DNA of 64,000 bases, taken from assembly GCA_004431415.1 (NCBI GenBank), contig QPMI01000186.1, positions 120,736 to 184,735 of the forward strand, given 5' to 3'. The position numbers and the translations under genes were made by a program. The stretch's first letter is position 1, and each line of letters begins with the position of its first letter. This DNA comes from Cyanophora paradoxa CCMP329 (lineage: Eukaryota > Plantae > Glaucophyta). The notes beneath the pieces were generated by a model, which saw nothing but the letters and a program-made list of their open reading frames with translations, was not told the DNA's origin and searched no databases. This document shows positions 43,907-56,702 of this stretch, piece after piece.

Positions 43907-46900
43907 ATGGACTCGCCTCCGTCGGAGCGCGGGCACGCTCCTGGCCGCACCGGCGTTCTCCAGGTGAGCGGCCGCATTGGCTTTCTGGCGCGGGAGAGTT
44001 CGTCACAGCATATGCATGCGCACGTACACATACGCAAGTCGAATCTCGCCTGGTCTTCCGCTCCCAGAGCTCCCAGAGAGAAAGACACTGGCTCCGCTAA
44101 ATAGATCCTTGATCATTCCGCTGCCTCCTCCGATCGCGCGATTTGACCGCCGCATAGCCGAGATCAAATTGCGTGACTGCGGTCGATCCGGTCGTGTTTT
44201 GTGGAGCGCTAGTACCACATGCCACCCACAGCCCGGCCCAATTAGAATAGGACTTTCCCGTCCGATTTCTTCAGTATGTTAGCTTCCGTGCGCGCGTGCT
44301 AAGCTTCCTCTCCGCCTGCAGTACGTCGGCAACACGCCCATCGTGGAACTGCTCACCTTCGACATCGGCGTCTGCAGGCTCTTCGTCAAGCTTGAGAGTC
44401 AAAACCCGGGCGGCAGGTCCGCTGTCAAAGTTCTCTGCACGCCTGCAGCTGCGTTCTTGCGGTTGACGGACGCCTCTCTAACGTTAACGCAGCATCAAGG
44501 ACAGAATCGCTCTATTTGTGAATTCTTGCCCCATTCTTCCTGTGGTTCGTCGTTGACCGGAGGGCCAGATGATCGAGAGCGCGGAACGGGAGGGAAAACT
44601 ACAACCGGGCGGGACGATCATCGAGGCTACGGCAGGCAACACTGGCCTCGGCCTCGCGCTCGTCTGCTCTCGCAAGGGCTACAAACTCATCCTCGTCGTG
44701 CCAGGTGAGGCCGGCGCGGGTAGCCTGGGCCTGGGCCTGGGCCTGGGCCCGCGACCCCCGCCCCCAGCCGACGGCATGGGCCGCAGACAAGATGGCCCGC
44801 GAGAAGATCGCGCACCTGAAAGCCCTCGGGGCCGACGTGCGCATCACGCGGAGGTCCGCCGTGCCCCCCCTCCAGATCCAGGCCCGCTGAGCCGAAGGGC
44901 GCACCCCAGCGACGTGGGCAAGGGCCACCCGGAGTACTACCAGGACCTCGCCGGCCGCATCGCCGCCGAGACGGGCGGGTACTACGGTGCCCCCGCCCGG
45001 CTCCCCGCCCCCTCCCTCCCTGACCGGCACCCCGGGAAACAGTGAACCAGTTCGAGAACCCCAACAATGCGCTGGCGCACGGTACACCCGCGTCGCTCGG
45101 GCGGAGAGCGGAGCGCCTGTGCCGCTCCTGACTCGGCGGCGGCCGCGCAGAGTGCACGACGGCGCCGGAGATCTACTCCCAGATGGGCGGCCGCGTCGAC
45201 GCCATCGTCTGCGGCGTGGGTGCCCGCCCCGCGCCCCGGGCCCGGGCGGGCGCGCGGGCGGGCGGGGCTCACGGGGGCGCAGGCTCCGGGGGCACGCTCA
45301 CGGGGCTGGGCCGCTTCTTCAGGCGGGTGAGCCCCTCCACGGAGATGGTCCTCGCCGACCCCAAGGCCCGCCCCCCGCCCCGCCCCCCGCCCGGCCCCCG
45401 CCGCCCCTGAGGCCCCTGCCAGGGCTCCATCCTCGCCCCGCTCATCAACGAGGGCCGCACCGTCGAGCCCGGCTCCTGGGCCGTCGAGGCGCGCCCCGTG
45501 CCGCCCGCGCCGGTCTCCCCGCTCAGCATCGATGTTGACTTGGGCGCGCGCAGGGCATCGGGGAGGACTTCGTGCCGAGCATCTGCGACCTGGCGCTCGC
45601 CTCGCGCGCCTACGCCATCCCGGACTCCGGCGCGCCCGCCCCCCTCCTTCCTCCCCCCGTCGTCACCCGGGCGGGCGCGCAGAGAGCTTTGAGACGGCGC
45701 GGGCGCTGCTGGCGCGGGAGGGCATCCTCGCCGGCTCCTCCTCCGGAACCCTCGTCTCCGGTGCCCGCCCCCCGTGCCCCCCGCCCCTCCCCCGCCCGTC
45801 CTCCGTCCGACCGTCCGGCAGCGGCGCTGCGGTACTGCCGGGAGCAGACGGCCCCGAAGCGCGTTCTCACCTTCATCTGCGACTCGTGCGCTCTGCGCCG
45901 CCCCGCCTCCCCCTGCGCCCCGCCCCCCGCCGACCTGACGCGCCGGCAGGGGCAACAAGTACCTCTCGAAGGCGCGGGGGCCCTGCTCAGGCCGCCCCCG
46001 CCCCCTCCTGCCCCCCCTCGAGCGCCCCCTCAGATGTACAACGAGTTCTGGCTGCTGGAGTGGGGCTTCGTGTCGCGCCCGACCTCGGGGGTCGTGGGGG
46101 ACGTCGTCACCCGCCGCCACGACCGCGGCGCCTCCATCTACGTCGGTCCGCCCCGCCCCTCCGTCTTCCCAGCTCCCTCCGCCTTCGTTCCCACGCGCCG
46201 CCGCCCCGCCCCGCCCCGCCCCGCCCCGCCAGGCCCCAAGGACACGCTCTTCACGGCCTACGCCCGCATGCGCGCCGCCGACGTCTCCCAGCTCCCGGTA
46301 CGCCTCAAGGCCTTCCCCTGAGCCCTCCTCTCACGCTCCTCCGTCTCTCACACGGTCCGCAGGTCCTCGAGGGGAAGCGCATCATGGGTACGCACATAAC
46401 ACGCTTCCGCTCCCCGCCCCGCGCGCCGGGGGCGAGCCGGGGCATGCGCAGGCCTGCTGGACGAGAGCGACATCCTGAAGGCGGTGGTGCGGGGCGTGCC
46501 CCCCGGCTCCACCCTCACCGACCCCTTCAAGCAGCAGGTTAGCGCCGTCGAGCGCGCGCGCTCCGCCTGCGGCGCCTCTCACCGGCGCGGGCAGGTGGGG
46601 GAGGCGATGGCGTCGGAGCTGGCGACGCTGGACGCGGGGGAGCCCATCGAGGCCGCCCTGCCCCTCTTCGACCAGGCCCGCCCACCCCCCCCTCCCCCCC
46701 CCCCCCCCCCCCTCCCCCGCCTCGCCCGGCGTCGCGGGTGGTTTGGCTCAGGCGGGGGGCAGGACCGGGTGGCGATCGTGACGGAGGGGAGGGAGCGCGC
46801 CTTCGTCGGCATCGCCACCCGCGTCGACCTCATCAAGCACGCCCCGCCCCGCGCCCCCCGCGGCCGCGCAGCTCACGCGCATGCGCGTGCGCAGCTACCT

Positions 46901-46997
46901 GCGGCTCGGGCACACCGTCAACGCGAAGCTGCCGGCGCTGGGCCCGCCGGCGGACGGCCTCGCCGCCCTCGACCTCAACGGCGGCGGCCTCGCCTGA
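43907..46997 (+). CDS. CBS: Cystathionine beta-synthase, heme-less bacterial type with C-terminal CBS domains, about 21 exons
   Basis: [19 protein letters not shown] (PLP Lys), [70 protein letters not shown]; first exon 43907-43963. Confidence 0.93.
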
Positions 46998-47313
46998 GGC
47001 GAGAGTCCAAAACTTTCACTCGGCCGCGGGTAACTGTTGTACCATAGTGTCTTGCCGCCCCTTTCCTTTCGGCAGCCGCCCGTGCCGTGTGCTCCACTCG
47101 CGGCCGCTCCCTTGATTTTCCTGTTGGAGCCGCTAGCTGAGCTGCAGCTCCGCGCTGCTTTCCTGTGTACAGTTGTAGACTCGCGAGCAATCGCATGTGC
47201 ATGTTCCCTCTTTTTCCCTGGCCCGACCACCCCGGGTCTTTGTACAGTGCTGTAAACGATGTTGTAAACCACGGCGCAGATAGCTCGTCGGCTGCTGTGC
47301 CGATCGCGGGAAG

Positions 47314-49345
47314 CTACGTGCGGGCGGTGAGGGCGCCGGAGGGGTGCGCCGCGGCGGCGGCGGTGCGGAGGACGGACTCCGCGAGGGCCTCGTGGGCCGC
47401 CGCGGAGCCGTAGCGGCGGCCCGGGAGGGGCCCCCCGCCGGCCGTCAGCAGGGGGACGTGCACGCGGGGCGCCCCCACGATGGACGGCTCCGGGAACTCC
47501 GGCCCCGACGTCGCCCGCGGCAGGGACGAGACGGGGTACCCGCCCCGCGTCCAGTGCTGCCCGCCCCGCTCGGCCCCCTCTCGAAGCGAGGGTGCGGGCG
47601 GGGGCGCACCTTGCGGTCCGCCGAGGGGTCCTGGTAGGGGTCCAGCAGGGGCCTCCGCGGCGTGAACTGCCCCCGAGAGATGAGGCGGCGAAAGGAGTGG
47701 GAGGAGGGGGCACGCACGAGACCGCTCTCCTTGGGGGCGGTGGAGGCGAAGGGGGCCGAGGGCCGCTCCGGTTCCCGCACCTTCATCTCCTGCAGCGCCC
47801 CCGCCCCCGCCGCCCCGGCGTGAGGCGCCCCCGCGCGCGCGCGGCGCGGGAGGGGCCGCCCCGCGCACCGGAGCGAAGTAGTCGGGGGCGACCGGCAGGC
47901 GCTCCGGGGGCGGCACCCTCGTCTTGTCTGGGGCCGGCGCGGGTCAGCGTGGCGGCGCGCCTCGGCGGGCAAGAAGGGGAGGGCACATCGGCGGCGGCGG
48001 CGGAAGCCCGGGAGCGGGTGGGCGGGGAGGACGCCGACGGGCATGATGCCCATCTGTGCGTACTCGGCCGGCCACGGCTCCCCGGGCTCGCGCGGCTCGG
48101 GGGCCTGCCCCGGCACCAGCGCCGGCCGCAGCCGGTCCAGCAGGTGGGGCGGCAGCTGCACCGCCCCGAACGTCCGCTTCACCGCCTGCTCGAAGTCCCC
48201 CTCCAGCGAGCCCGCCCCGCCGGCCCCCGCCCCGCCGGCCCCGCCCGCGACGGCCCCGCGCTCCTCGCCCGCGCCCGCTCCGCCCTCGGCCCCGCCCGCT
48301 CCTCCGCCGCCGCCGCGCGCTCGGCGGCGGCCGCCCGCAGGGCCTCTAGGCGCGCCTCGCGCTCGGTCCGCTTGGCCTCGGCCGCCCGCACCTTCGCCTG
48401 CACCGCCGCCTTTGCCTTTCCCTGCGCGCCCCGTTCGGGCCCGGCCGCAGGGCCCCGAGGGGCGGCGGGGGCGGGGGCGGCGCGCCAGCCGCCTGGAGGT
48501 GTCGGGGTCGTGGGTCTGGCCCTGCCACCACTTCGGCGACTTGCTGCGGAACTCGGGCGCCGAGTGCTTCGTCCCTGCGCGGCGCTCGGCGGGGCGGGGC
48601 GGGGCGGGACGGGCGGGCGGGCTGCGGCCCCCGGGCGCACTCCGCGTGCGGGCGGCCATCGTGTGCTGCTCGTCCGCGGCCGGGTAGGACCCCGCGACGG
48701 GTCCCTCGGGGTCGGGGGGGACGCCTGCGCCGCGGTGGCGCGTCAGCGCCGGTCGGCGTCAGGGAGGCGGGGTGCCCGCCTAGGATGGTGCGCTCCGGGA
48801 ACTCGGGGCCCCAGCTGCGGCGCGGCGAGGCCCCGAAGGAGTGCCCCCTCTTGCCCCAGTTCTGCGGCGCCGGCGTCAGCTCCGGAGGGCCCCGTGGGCG
48901 CTGCGGGGCGCGGGCGGCGGGGCGCGCCTCGCCCAGGGGCGAGAAGGTCTCTGGCCAGTCCTGGATGAACCCGGGGCTCTCGACGGAGCCGATGCGCGCC
49001 GCCCGCGAGCGGAAGACGTGCTCCGAGAGGCCCGCGCTCTGGCCTGGGATCGGCTTCGGGTTCAGGACCAGGTCGTCGTTGTAGGGCACGCGCTGCGCAA
49101 GCTTGAGGCACTAAAGCGCGCGCGGGGGCAGCTTCGGGGCGCTCACGGCGTCCTTGAAACGAGGTCTCTGGTCCGAGAACGTGCTGCTGGGCTTCGCTGG
49201 CGGCTTGCGAGGCGAGCTCCGACTGCAGGCAGGGCAGGCAGGTTCAGCAGGAGCGGGGCAGCGCAGCTAATCACGTCGTATAGTGGACGCACGCAGCGCT
49301 CCTGCCGATTGGATAGTGGTCGACATAGATCACCTCCTGCGGCAT
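47314..49345 (-). CDS. Hypothetical protein, multi-exon
   Basis: Coding-like exons (PYNDDLVLNPKPIPG.., HSAPEFRSKSPKWWQG, SLEGDFEQAVKRTFG) separated by typical introns; no family recognised. Confidence 0.5.
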
Positions 49346-49633
49346 GCTGGCCGCCGTGCGGCCGCCCTCTCAACTCCTTCGCAGCCCCAACTCTAGTTGC
49401 ACTTAGCTATAAGGTACTGGTGGCCTCGATCGATGTCGACGTCCGGAAACGACGTCTTCGGGGGTATGGCAAACGCCGTATGGTTCCCTGGCGGAGTCGA
49501 ACCCTCGCATGCACATGCGTGATTGAGCAACTCGCCGTTCGTACGCGTCATCTTCTAAGAAATCAACAATACAAAGCGACACGAAAGGATCATCGGATCG
49601 TCTGGTGCGCCACGAATAAGGCTGGAACTACAG

Positions 49634-52600
49634 CTACCTCCGCCCGCCGCTCGAGCGCCGCTCGCCTCCGCGCCCCTGCTGCACATGCGAGCCGCCGCGG
49701 CCCTGCAAGTGACCTCCGCCGCGGCCCTGCATGTGGCCTCCGCCGCGGCCCTGGATGTGGCCGCCGCCACGGCCCTGCTGCGGGCCGCCCCCGCCCCTCC
49801 GCTCCTGCCCCCGCTGGCTCCTGCGCGGCGCGGTCGGTCCCCGGGCGGGTCGCTGCCGGGGCAGGGGGCGGGGCGCACCGCGTGGGGATGGCGCTGCGGG
49901 AGAGGGCGGAGGGGGAGACGGGGGACGGGGGCCGGTGCAGGCCCTCGACGGGGCTCAGCCCCGGGGACACCGGGCTCAGCCGCCCCGCGGTGGCCGCCCC
50001 GCCGGCCCCGCCGCCGCCCCCGCGGGCGAGGGCCACGAGCTCCCGCTCGGAGACCTCCTCGCGGTCGGCGGGTGCGGGCGCGGCGGGCGGCGCGGGCGCG
50101 GGGGCGCCCCGACGTGCACCGCCGCCGCCGCGGGGCCGCCGGAGACGGCCACGACGACCGCCGAGGCGGCGGCGGCGGCGGGCGGCTGGCGGCTGCCCGA
50201 GGCGGGGCCGGCGGGGCCCCCGCCTCGTCGTCCCCGCTGCTCAGGATGTCGCTCGCGTCGTCCTCGTCCTCGTCCGCCGCCGCCGCCGCCGCCGCGCCCG
50301 GCCACGCCGCCGCCGCGCCCGAGCCCCGCGCCGCCGGTACCGCCGCCGCCGCCGCCGCCGCGGCCGCCGCCTTCTTCGGGGGCCGCCCGCGGGAGCGCTT
50401 CGCAGTCGCCGAGGCCTGGCGGGGGCCTCGGCGGGGCGTCTCGCGGGGGAGGGCGGGCGGGGCGGGGCGTCGCACCGGGGAGCCGTCGGCCTCGGGGTCG
50501 GCGGCGCCCTTCTTCGGCCGGCCCCCGGCCCGCGAGCGCGACGCCGCCTTGGAGGAGGAGGAGGCCGAGCCGCGCGGCGCCTTCTCGCCCCTCTCCTCCC
50601 TGGCCCCCGCCCGTCACACCCCGCTGGCGCCGGCCGGCGGGGGCGGCGGGGAGGGGCGGGGGACCTGGCGGAGGGGGTGGCGGGGAGGCGGCCGGGGCGG
50701 CGGGGGCGACGAAGGCGCGGTGGACGGCGGGGACCTTCGCGACCTCCCGCTCGAAGGCCGCCTGCGCGCGGTCAGCGCCCCGCCCCGCCGCCCTCGCTCC
50801 GGTCCAGGCGGGCGGGCGCGCCTTCAGCTGGCGGGCGTGGTTGTGGAGGAGAGAGCCCTCCGGGGAGGCCCTGCGCGGCGGCTCGCCCCGCGGGGAGGAG
50901 GGGGGCGGGGGAGGGCCGGGGGCGTGCCGGAGGGCGCCGGAGAAGAGGGCCCGTGCCTCCCCGTCGAACTCCGCGAACGAGGCGTACCCCCGCCGCGCCA
51001 CCCGCTCTGCCCCCGCCGCGTCAGGGGCCGGGGGGGCGCGGGGCAGGCGCGCGCGCCTCGGATCTCGGCGAGGGAGCGCGGGGCCGGCTTGCTCGAGTCG
51101 CCGCGCTCGGGGACCCCCCCTTCGAGGCTCTCGGCGCAGTGCCGGTCCCGCCGGTCCTTCTCCTGCGGGGCGCGCCCTCAGGCCGGCGCGGCGGTGTGAC
51201 GGGGCCGGAGCGGGGGCGGGGGCGGGCGTACCCCGGCGAGGCTGCCGAGGACGCGCTCCATAGACCCGAAGACCGCCTCCGTCACCTGCCGGCGCCGGTC
51301 ACTTGTGCCCGGGCCCCCGCGCGCCCCGCCGGCCCGCTCGCACCGGGTCGCGCGCCACGGCGGCGAAGTCAGCAGCCGCCGCCGCGCCGGACGCGCCGCC
51401 GGCCGGCGGCTCGGGGGCCTCCTCGCCGAGGCCCTCCTCCGCGGGGCCGGCCGGGGACTCGCCGGCGCCGCCCTTGCGCGGCCGCTTGCGCCCCGCCGCG
51501 CGGCCGGCCGGCGCCCTCGGCCGCTTCTTGTCCCCGCGGCCCTTGAACTCCTGCGGGGTAGGCGGCGAGGGGAGCCCCTGCGGGGAGGGCAGGGACGAGG
51601 GGGCCGACGAGGCGGCCGGCGTCTGGGAGGCATCGGGCGAGCCGTCCCCGGCCTTGCCGACGGACTCGTCCCGCCGCCGCTTCCTGCCCTCCTCGGCGGC
51701 CCCCTCCTCCGAGCCCCGCTTGCGCCTCCCGCCGGCGGCGTCCGGCAGCGGCGGCGGCGGCGGCAGCGGCGCCGGAGACGGGAGCGGCGCCGACTCCTCT
51801 TCCTCCTCCTCCGCCGCCGCCCGGATGTCCTCGTCGGCCCCGCCGGCGTCCTCCGCCCCCGCCAGGGCGGCGGCGGCGGCGGCGGCAGCCTTCGCCTTGG
51901 AGCCGCCCGAGGGCCTCCCCCGCCTGCCCCGGGGGGTGGAGCCCGAGGAGCGGCCCCGCCCTCTCTTCGCCGTCGCCGCAGCCGCCACCGGCGTCGCCGA
52001 AGCCGCCGCCGCGGCCGCAGCTGCGGCGGCCGCCGCGGGCCCGCCGCGGGCCGTGGGGAGCTCCTCGATGCCGGGGCCGGACTCGGCGGAGAGGCGCGGC
52101 TCGGCCGAGGCGGAGCGCGCCTGCTTCAGCTGGGGCTTCGCCTGCTGCGGCGGCGGCTGCTCCGGGGTGAAGGCCCGCACGTTCGGGATCTCGATCACCT
52201 TGATGCCCCCGCGCGCCTTCTCCGCCGCCGCCGCCGGCACCACGCCGCCCCGCGACCCCGGCCCCCCCTTCTTCTTCCCCTCCTTGCCCACCGCCGTCAC
52301 CGCGGTGACGCCGCCGCCGCCGCCGGCCCCCGCCGCGACCGCGGCGAAGGAGGCCGGCGCGGCGAGCTTGGTCGAGGAGGACGAGGCGACCGAGGCCGTG
52401 GGCGACTGCGTGCCCTTCCCGCTCCCCTTAACCTTGCCCTTGGCCCCTGCGCGCGAGCGGCCCGCGCGTGAGGGGCGCGCCGGGGCGCCGGGCGGGCCGG
52501 GGCGCTCGGACCCTTCTTGGCGGGGCCGGCCTTGGAGATGCGCTCGGCGAGCGCCGCCTCCTTCGCGCGGTACTCGGCCGCCCACTCCTCCGCCCGCCGC

Positions 52601-55600
52601 CGCTGCTCCCGTTCCCCGATCTCCTCGCTACTACTGCTGCTGCTGCGCCCCGGCTCGAGCGGGGCGGCGCGGGGCGGGGCCGGGGCGGGGCGGGGCGGGG
52701 CGGGCCTGGAGCCGAGGTCGTCGTCGTCGTCGAGGAGCATGGCCTGCTCCTCGGCGGCCCGCCGGCGCGCCTCCTCCGCCTCCCGCCGCTCCTCCTCCAC
52801 CCGCCGCGCCTCCTTCGCCTCCTTCTTCTTCCGCACCTGCTCGGCGAGGATGTGCGGCTCCACGCCCAGCTCCATCGCCCGCTCGAAGATCTGCCCCGCC
52901 CCGCCGCCTGAGCCACGGCGCTGGGCGGGGCGGGGCGGGGCGGGGGGGCGCCTGGTCGGAGATCTCGTTGTAGCGGACGTGGCGCTTGCGGCGGGTGGCG
53001 GGGAGGGCCTGCTCCTCCTCCTGGGCCTTCTGCTCGGCGTGGAGGCGGAGGACCCACGCGGGGAGCTCCCCGTCCCGCATGAGGCCCCACCGCTGCGTCC
53101 CCCCCCGCCGGCTCGCGTCCCGCTCCGCGTCCATCTGCGCGGGAGATCGGCGGGGGGCCGAGCGGGGCGGGGCGGGGCGGGGCCGGGCGGGCCTTCTCGA
53201 AGAGGGCGACCTCGTCGTCGGAGCGGGCGAGGGCCTCGTTGATGTACGCGTCCGTGAGCCCCGCGTCCTCCTCCTCCTCCCCGCGCCGCGCCCGGATCAC
53301 CGAGAGCAGCAGCTCCTGCCGCTCCGAGTCCGTCGACTTCGTGTTGAACTTGCCCGCCTGCCCCCCGCAACCCGCCCCCGTCAGCGCCCCGCGCCCCGGG
53401 CGGCTCGCCCGGCCCTCGGGCCCCTCGCTGACCTGGATGATCTTCTGGTCCATGTCGAGCTTCTCCATGGCGCGGGCGTACATGCGGCGCTCCACGGGGG
53501 CGTTGGAGAGGAGGCGGAAGACCCGGACCTCGCGCGTCTGCCCGATGCGGTGCGCGCGGTCCTGCGCCTGCAGGTCCATCTGCGGGTTCCAGTCCGAGTC
53601 GAAGATGACGACCGTGTCCGCCTTCTGCAGGTTGAGGCCGAGGCCGCCGGCGCGGGTGGAGAGGAGGAAGATCCAGTAGTCGCCGCCCTCCGACTGGAAC
53701 TTGGCGACGAGGTCCCCCCGCTCCTCGGCCTTGGTCGAGCCGTCCAGGCGGAGGTAGGGCCAGCAGCGCAGCGAGAGGTACTCCTCCAGGATGTCCAGCA
53801 CCTGCCGGCCGGCTCGGGCCCCGCCCCGCCGACGGGGGAGGTGCGAGGTGCGGGGGGGGGGGGGGGGGACCTGGGTCATCTGGGAGAAGATGAGGACCTT
53901 GTGGTCGGAGGCGTGGAGCTTGGGGAGGATGCGGTCCAGCAGCTCGAACTTGCCCTGCCCCCGTGCGGCCCCGCTCGCCGGCGAGCTGGCGAGCAGGGGG
54001 GGGGCAGGGGGCCCGCGCCGCACCGAGGAGCGGACGATGTCCTCGTCGATCGGGACGTCCACGTGGGGGTACAGCAGGTACGGGTGGTTGCAGACCTGCC
54101 GGCCGGCCGCCCGTCGGACACCGGGGCCAGAGCCGGGGCCGGGCGGGACGCGGGGGGCGGGGCACCTTGCGGAGCTGGACGACGGTGTTCTGCAGGCGCT
54201 TGAAGCGGATCTCGCTGCGGGGCGGGGGCCGGGGCGTCAGGCGGGGCCGGGGCCGGGGCGTGGGGGGCGGGGTGCGGCGCGCCCGCCCTCCTCGCCGGCG
54301 TCGGCGGCGATGATCTTGGAGTAGAGCATGGACTGCCAGGCGGAGAGCTCGCAGCGGAGGACCGCCTCCGTCTTCTCCGGGAGGTCCCCCATCACCTCCG
54401 TCTTCGTGCGGCGGAGGATGAAGGGCTTGAGGACCTGGTGGAGCCGCTGGATGACGAGCAGCGACTCCTCCTCGGAGAGGGTGAGGCCCTCGGCGGCCCC
54501 CTGGGCCGCGAAGGGCGCGTTGAACCACTGCTCGAAGTCGTCCGACGAGGAGAAGATGGAGGGGAGGAGGAAGTTGAGCAGCGCCCAGAGCTCCTGCAGG
54601 TTGTTCTGCAGGGGCGTCCCCGTGAGGAGCAGGCGCCGCTGGGACTCGTAGTTCGTGGCGAGCGTCGTCGAGAGCTTGCTCTTGGTGTTCTTCATGCGGT
54701 GGCCCTCGTCGATGATGATGTAGCGCCAGGGGACGCGCGCGAGGCGGCCCTTGTCCTTGATCGCGAACTCGTAGGTGGTGAGGAGGACGTTGAAGCGGAC
54801 CTGCTCGATCCAGATGCGGTGGATCTCCTTGCGCGCCTCGGGGCCCCCCTTGTAGACCACCTTCACGATGTGCGGCGTCCACTTGTCCAGCTCGTTCAGC
54901 CAGTTCGGGATGACCCTGCGGCGCGGCGGAGCGGAAGGTCGGTGCGGGCGGGGGCGGGGGGGTCGCGGGCGGGCGGACGAGAGGGGGGCGATGATGAGGT
55001 GGGGCCCGTTGTTGGACTTCTTCTCGGAGAGGTACGCGAGGAGGGCGATCGTCTGGATCGTCTTCCCGAGCCCTGCGCCCCGCCCGCCTCGGCCAAGGCA
55101 GGGAGGGGGAGGGTGGAGGGGTGCGGCACGGGCCCATCTCGTCGGCGAGGATGCCGTTGAGGTCGTTGTTGAAGAGGGAGACGAGCCACTCGAGGCCGAG
55201 CAGCTGGTAGGGCTTCAGCGCGAGCTCCCCGCCCCCGATGCTCTCCGGCTGCTTCTCGATCTTCTCCACCCGCCGCTGCGTCAGCATGTAGAAGCGCTCC
55301 TTGCTCTTCTTCAGCTCCTCCGTCGCGGTCAGCGGCTGCTTGGAGGAGGGCCCGGCGGCGGCGGCCTCGGCGGCGGGCTCGTCGTCGATGGAGAAGCCCT
55401 CGGCGGCGTGGCGGGACTCGATGGCGGCGCCCATCTTGCGGAAGAAGTCGTCCGACTGGCGCACGAAGCTCATCAGCCGCTCGCTCTTCGTCTGCTCGAG
55501 CAGCGCCAGGTACGCCTCCTCGTTCTGCTCCTTCAGCGCCTTCAGCCGCTCCGCCTCCAGCTTCTTCCGCCGCCGCTCCTCCTCCTCCCGCTTCTTCTCG

Positions 55601-56670
55601 AAGTACTTCGCCAGCCGCACCCCCTGCTTCGCCCGCTGGTCCCGGCACGACTTGTGGTACTCCAGGAAGTGCCGCCGGTGGTCCATCAGCTCCGTGATGA
55701 AGCGCAGCTGGTTCTTGCGGTTCGCCTGCCGCTCGGCGCGCCGCCGCCGCTCCTCCGCCTGGGCCGCCTTGCGCTGCGCCGCCTCCGCCTCGCGCTCCAG
55801 GCGCTCTTTCTCGGCGCGCTCGGCCTCGCGCGCCGCCCGCTCCGCCTCCAGCGCCGCCCGCTTCTCCAGCATGCTCGCCCGCAGCGTCGCCTGCAGCTTC
55901 AGCAGCTGCGCTTCCGCCTCAGAGGCCGCCCCGCGCGGGGGGGAGGGGGCGGGGGACGGTGCGCGCCCGCAAGGAGCGCAGGAGGCTCTCCGCCCGGACG
56001 CGCCCCTCCTTCGTGGGCGGGAGCAGCGGGTCCTCCGCCTCTGCGCGCGGCCGCGCTCGCCGGCGTGGAGCGCGGGGGCGGGGGCCGGGCCGGGCCGCAC
56101 CGTTCTCGAGGACGCGGGTGAGGTGCTGGGCGCGGGCGGCGAGGCGCCAGGTGAACTGGCGGGCGCGCTCGTGGGCGATGAGGCTGCGCTCCACGCGGAA
56201 CCCGTTCTGCTGCTGGTACCGCGCCATCTGCTGCGCCTGCTGCCCCTGCCCCTGCCCCGCCTGGCCCTGCCCCTGCCCGTGGGGAGGCTGCTGCTGCTGC
56301 TCGGACGCTCCGTCGCCGCCTCTCTGCTGCTGCTGCGGCTGCATCTGTGCCTGCGCGTTCGCGCCAGCTTGCTGCGGCTGCCCGGACGCCGGCCTCTGCG
56401 ACGAGGACGGGGTTGTCGGGCCGCTAGAGCTCGGCCGCGACGACTTCGGTCGCGGCTGCGGGCTGCTGCTCCGCTCCTTCTCCTTCTGAGACGAGCTGTG
56501 CTGCCGCGCCAGCGACGCCGCCGCCGCCGCAACGGCTGCGCTGTGCTTCGGCCGCGCGGCGCCTGATGGCACAGGGCTCGTGCGCGATGCCTGCTGCGAC
56601 TGCTGCTGCGCGGCGGTTGCTTGCTGCTGCTGCGGCTGCTGTTGCTGTTGCTGCGACTGTTGTTGCTGCT

Positions 56671-56702
<32 letters not shown>

